Assembly: GCA_002405515.1 (NCBI GenBank)
Contig: DHLZ01000079.1
Location: forward strand, 2,439 to 50,201
Reading direction: 5' to 3'
Length of the DNA stretch: 47,763 nucleotides
Origin: Planctomycetaceae bacterium UBA4655
Lineage (GTDB): Bacteria > Planctomycetota > Planctomycetia > Pirellulales > UBA1268
The position numbers were made by a program, and so were the translations under genes. The notes beneath the pieces are model-generated. The model did not search any database. It was not told where the DNA came from and was given only the letters and a program-made list of their open reading frames with translations. Shown one piece after another: positions 45,661 to 47,763 of the stretch (its first letter is position 1; every line of letters starts with the position of its first letter).

Positions 45661-46959
45661 TCAGCCCGCGACCGCCTCCTCGAGCTTCGCCGCCGGCACG
45701 GGAAACTGCTCGGCCAGTTCCGCGACCTCGCGGCGGGTGGTCTCGACGACGGCGGCGTCACCGGGGCTCTTGAGCGCCCGCAGGATCCAGGCGGCGATCC
45801 GCTTCATCTCGTCCGAACCCATGCCGCGGGTCGTGAGGGCCGGCGTGCCGAGCCGGATCCCGGAGGGGTCCATCGGCTTCCGCTCGTCGTAGGGGATCAT
45901 GTTCTTGTTGCAGGTGATCCCGCAGCGGTCGAGCGTTTCCTCGGCGAGTTTGCCGCCAATTCCGAGCGGCGTCACGTCCACGAGCATCAAATGGTTGTCG
46001 GTGCCGCCGCTGACGAGCTTCACGCCGCCGGCAGCCAAGGCCTCGGCGAGCGATCTCGCGTTGGCGACCACCTGCTTCGCGTAGGCTTTGAACTCGGGGC
46101 GGAGCGCCTCGGCGAAGGCCACGGCCTTGCCGGCGATCACGTGCATGAGCGGCCCCCCCTGCTGCCCCGGAAACACCGATCGGTCGAGCAGCTTGGCGTT
46201 CTCGGCCCGGCACATGGCGATGCCGCCTCGCGGGCCGCGGAGCGTCTTGTGGGTCGTGCTCGTGACGAAGTCGGCCACCGGCACGGGGTTGTCGTGGATG
46301 CCGGCGGCGACGAGGCCCGCGTAGTGGGCCATGTCGACCATCAGCTTCGCGCCCACCTCGCGGGCGATCTCGGCGAACTTCCCGTGCGGGATCTCCCGCG
46401 GGTAGGCGCTCGCTCCCGCCACGATCAATTTCGGCTTGTGCTCGCGTGCGAGGCTCGCGATCTGGTCGAAGTCGAGCCGGTGGTCGTCGCGGCGGACGCC
46501 GTAGTGGACGAACTTGTAGAGCACGCCCGAGGCGTTGAGCTTCATGCCGTGAGTGAGGTGGCCGCCGTGGGCGAGGTCGAAGGCGAGCACCGTGTCGCCC
46601 GGGGCGATCGCCGTCATGTAGACGGCCGCGTTGGCCTGGCTGCCGGAGTGGGGCTGCACGTTGACGTGCTCGGCCCCAAACAGCCGCTTGAGCCGCTCGC
46701 GGGCGAGATCCTCGACCGTGTCGACGAACTCGCAGCCGCCGTAGTAGCGGTGGCCGGGGTAGCCCTCGGCGTATTTGTTGGTGAGGACGCTGCCCACCGC
46801 CTGCATCACGGCGGGGCTCGTGAAGTTCTCGCTCGCGATCATCTCGAGCCCTTCCTGCTGCCGCGTCTGCTCCGCGACGATCGCCGCGTGGACCTCCGGA
46901 TCCTCCGACTCGATGAAACTGAGCGACTGCGACCCAATTTTGTTGAGCGAAGTATTCAC
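45661..46959 (-). CDS. glyA: Serine hydroxymethyltransferase
   Basis: GTG at 46959 lies about 7 nt after AGGAG. Motifs: [54 protein letters not shown] (PLP-Lys). The 63 upstream codons in the ORF track have no SHMT homology. Confidence 0.93.
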   Translation of the reverse strand: MNTSLNKIGSQSLSFIESEDPEVHAAIVAEQTRQQEGLEMIASENFTSPAVMQAVGSVLTNKYAEGYPGHRYYGGCEFVDTVEDLARERLKRLFGAEHVNVQPHSGSQANAAVYMTAIAPGDTVLAFDLAHGGHLTHGMKLNASGVLYKFVHYGVRRDDHRLDFDQIASLAREHKPKLIVAGASAYPREIPHGKFAEIAREVGAKLMVDMAHYAGLVAAGIHDNPVPVADFVTSTTHKTLRGPRGGIAMCRAENAKLLDRSVFPGQQGGPLMHVIAGKAVAFAEALRPEFKAYAKQVVANARSLAEALAAGGVKLVSGGTDNHLMLVDVTPLGIGGKLAEETLDRCGITCNKNMIPYDERKPMDPSGIRLGTPALTTRGMGSDEMKRIAAWILRALKSPGDAAVVETTRREVAELAEQFPVPAAKLEEAVAG

Positions 46960-47410
46960 CGACGTTCTCCTGAAGTCTGTCTCGGGGAAGGCTGCCAAGG
47001 CATCCGTGAACCCATCGGTCAGCAGGGTTCCTTGAAGCGGATTGTAGCCGACATCGCGGCCCCCACGAGCCGCGGCCGCTTCCGCCCGAAATTCACAAAC
47101 CTCGCACCGGCCATGAGCCACATTCCTCCGGCTGAACGGCCTGAGCAAAACCCCGAGGACGCATCAATGGGTTCCGATGGCGTACCCCGTGCATGATGTT
47201 ATTGACGTCGATTCATCCCTTGCTCCTTTGGCTTGAATTTTCGGACGGCCTGACGGTGCTTTCGCACAGAGCTTGGGGAATCTGTTCCGCCATCACCGTG
47301 AGGAGATCATCGGGAAGCTCGCAGAATCTCCCTGCAACTTCGGGTCGCCTTGGCCGGTGGTCGAGGGTCACTCGGGAGTTGATCGCCCGCCACCCTTTTC
47401 CACGACAGCC

Positions 47411-47763
47411 TCAATCACGACGCGGAATCTGCACCCGCAACGACTCCATTCGGCCACCGGGAGCCGCGGGCTTCACGCAATGCTCCTTGAGATCGTCGCG
47501 GCCGATGATCGACAGCCGGGTCCGCGGGGCCACCACCCCTTTTTCCAACACGATGTCGAAGACGTGACGGACCACATGCGCGTCGTCCTCGACCGTATGC
47601 TGAGCCCGTTCACAGGGCGCGGCTCGACAAACACGAACGGGCAGGCGTTGACAGCTCCACCTGGGCGGACTTCGGCCCACAGTTCCGCCGGTGGCGGAGA
47701 GAACAACGCGGGATTACTGTTTTGCAGCGAAACGGGAAACCTTACTACCGGGAGCATCAAGTA
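47411..47763 (-). CDS. Partial ORF of unknown function running off the window; apparently split between two frames near 47575-47600
   Basis: ORF 47473-47760 reads ..SPPPAELWAEVRPGGAVNACPFVFVEPRPVNG. ORF 47411-47680 reads ..VEDDAHVVRHVFDIVLEKGVVAPRTRLSIIGRDDLKEHCV..*. Each looks protein-like only over complementary halves. No family recognised. Confidence 0.3.

Noticed and set aside
46960-47410. ZTP (pfl) riboswitch upstream of glyA
   Set aside because: I looked on the minus strand for the conserved CCGCCUGGGC 3' element paired with an upstream UGGCG. No match was found in the leader. The only CCTGGGCGG-like string (near 47660) is on the other strand inside an ORF.
47193-47567. 124-aa plus-strand ORF in the glyA upstream region
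   Set aside because: It has no recognisable motif, a Ser/Arg-rich composition and no RBS. It overlaps the minus-strand partial ORF.

Overview
High-GC bacterial chromosomal window. All product calls come from reading motifs in the supplied translations; no database search was run. Lineage guess is Planctomycetota-like. This is inference from an LEDRRLLA N-terminal motif, a PEP-CTERM protein, a eukaryote-type cyclophilin and Arg/Pro-rich spurious antisense ORFs.

About 35 kb (4.3-39.5 kb) is one large surface-glycan / exopolysaccharide locus in three operon blocks:
(A) Minus strand, 13718 to 4307: an uncharacterised kinase / HAD phosphatase / nucleotidyltransferase module, then Wzx flippase, SAM methyltransferase, pyruvyl transferase, GT2 and GT4.
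(B) Plus strand, 14015 to 23057: OafA-type O-acyltransferase, nucleotide-sugar dehydrogenase, orphan receiver-like protein, PEP-CTERM/FGE-domain protein, Wzy-like protein and a GT4-GNAT fusion.
(C) Minus strand, 39510 to 23068: PHP-type tyrosine phosphatase, small CarbopepD-like protein, Wza, Wzc, a Wzy_C-TPR protein, PglF/CapD-type dehydratase, WecB, GT4, a PGT-acetyltransferase fusion, a DegT aminotransferase and a UDP-GlcA-4-epimerase-like enzyme.

Many start/stop overlaps (ATGA, GTGA, ATGGATAG) support operon structure.

Flanks:
- Left: REP-like palindromic repeats, a beta-propeller glycoside hydrolase, a secreted cyclophilin, a decayed GH63-like glucosidase relic and a CAP-FN3 secreted protein.
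- Right: 2-hydroxyacid dehydrogenase, rhomboid protease, DoxX, agmatine deiminase, N-carbamoylputrescine amidase, an unknown secreted protein, glyA and a partial ORF.

No rRNA, tRNA, CRISPR array, transposase or integrase was recognised.

Main points of interest:
- A Neisseria-pgl-like module next to a Wzy_C-TPR protein, a possible O-linked protein glycosylation system.
- The unassigned sugar/alcohol activation module at 10.6-13.7 kb.
- A (Gly-Tyr)n hexanucleotide repeat forming the Wzc tyrosine cluster.
- Four single-nucleotide frameshifts, three in short homopolymers, in surface-related genes. These may be sequencing errors, pseudogenes or switching.
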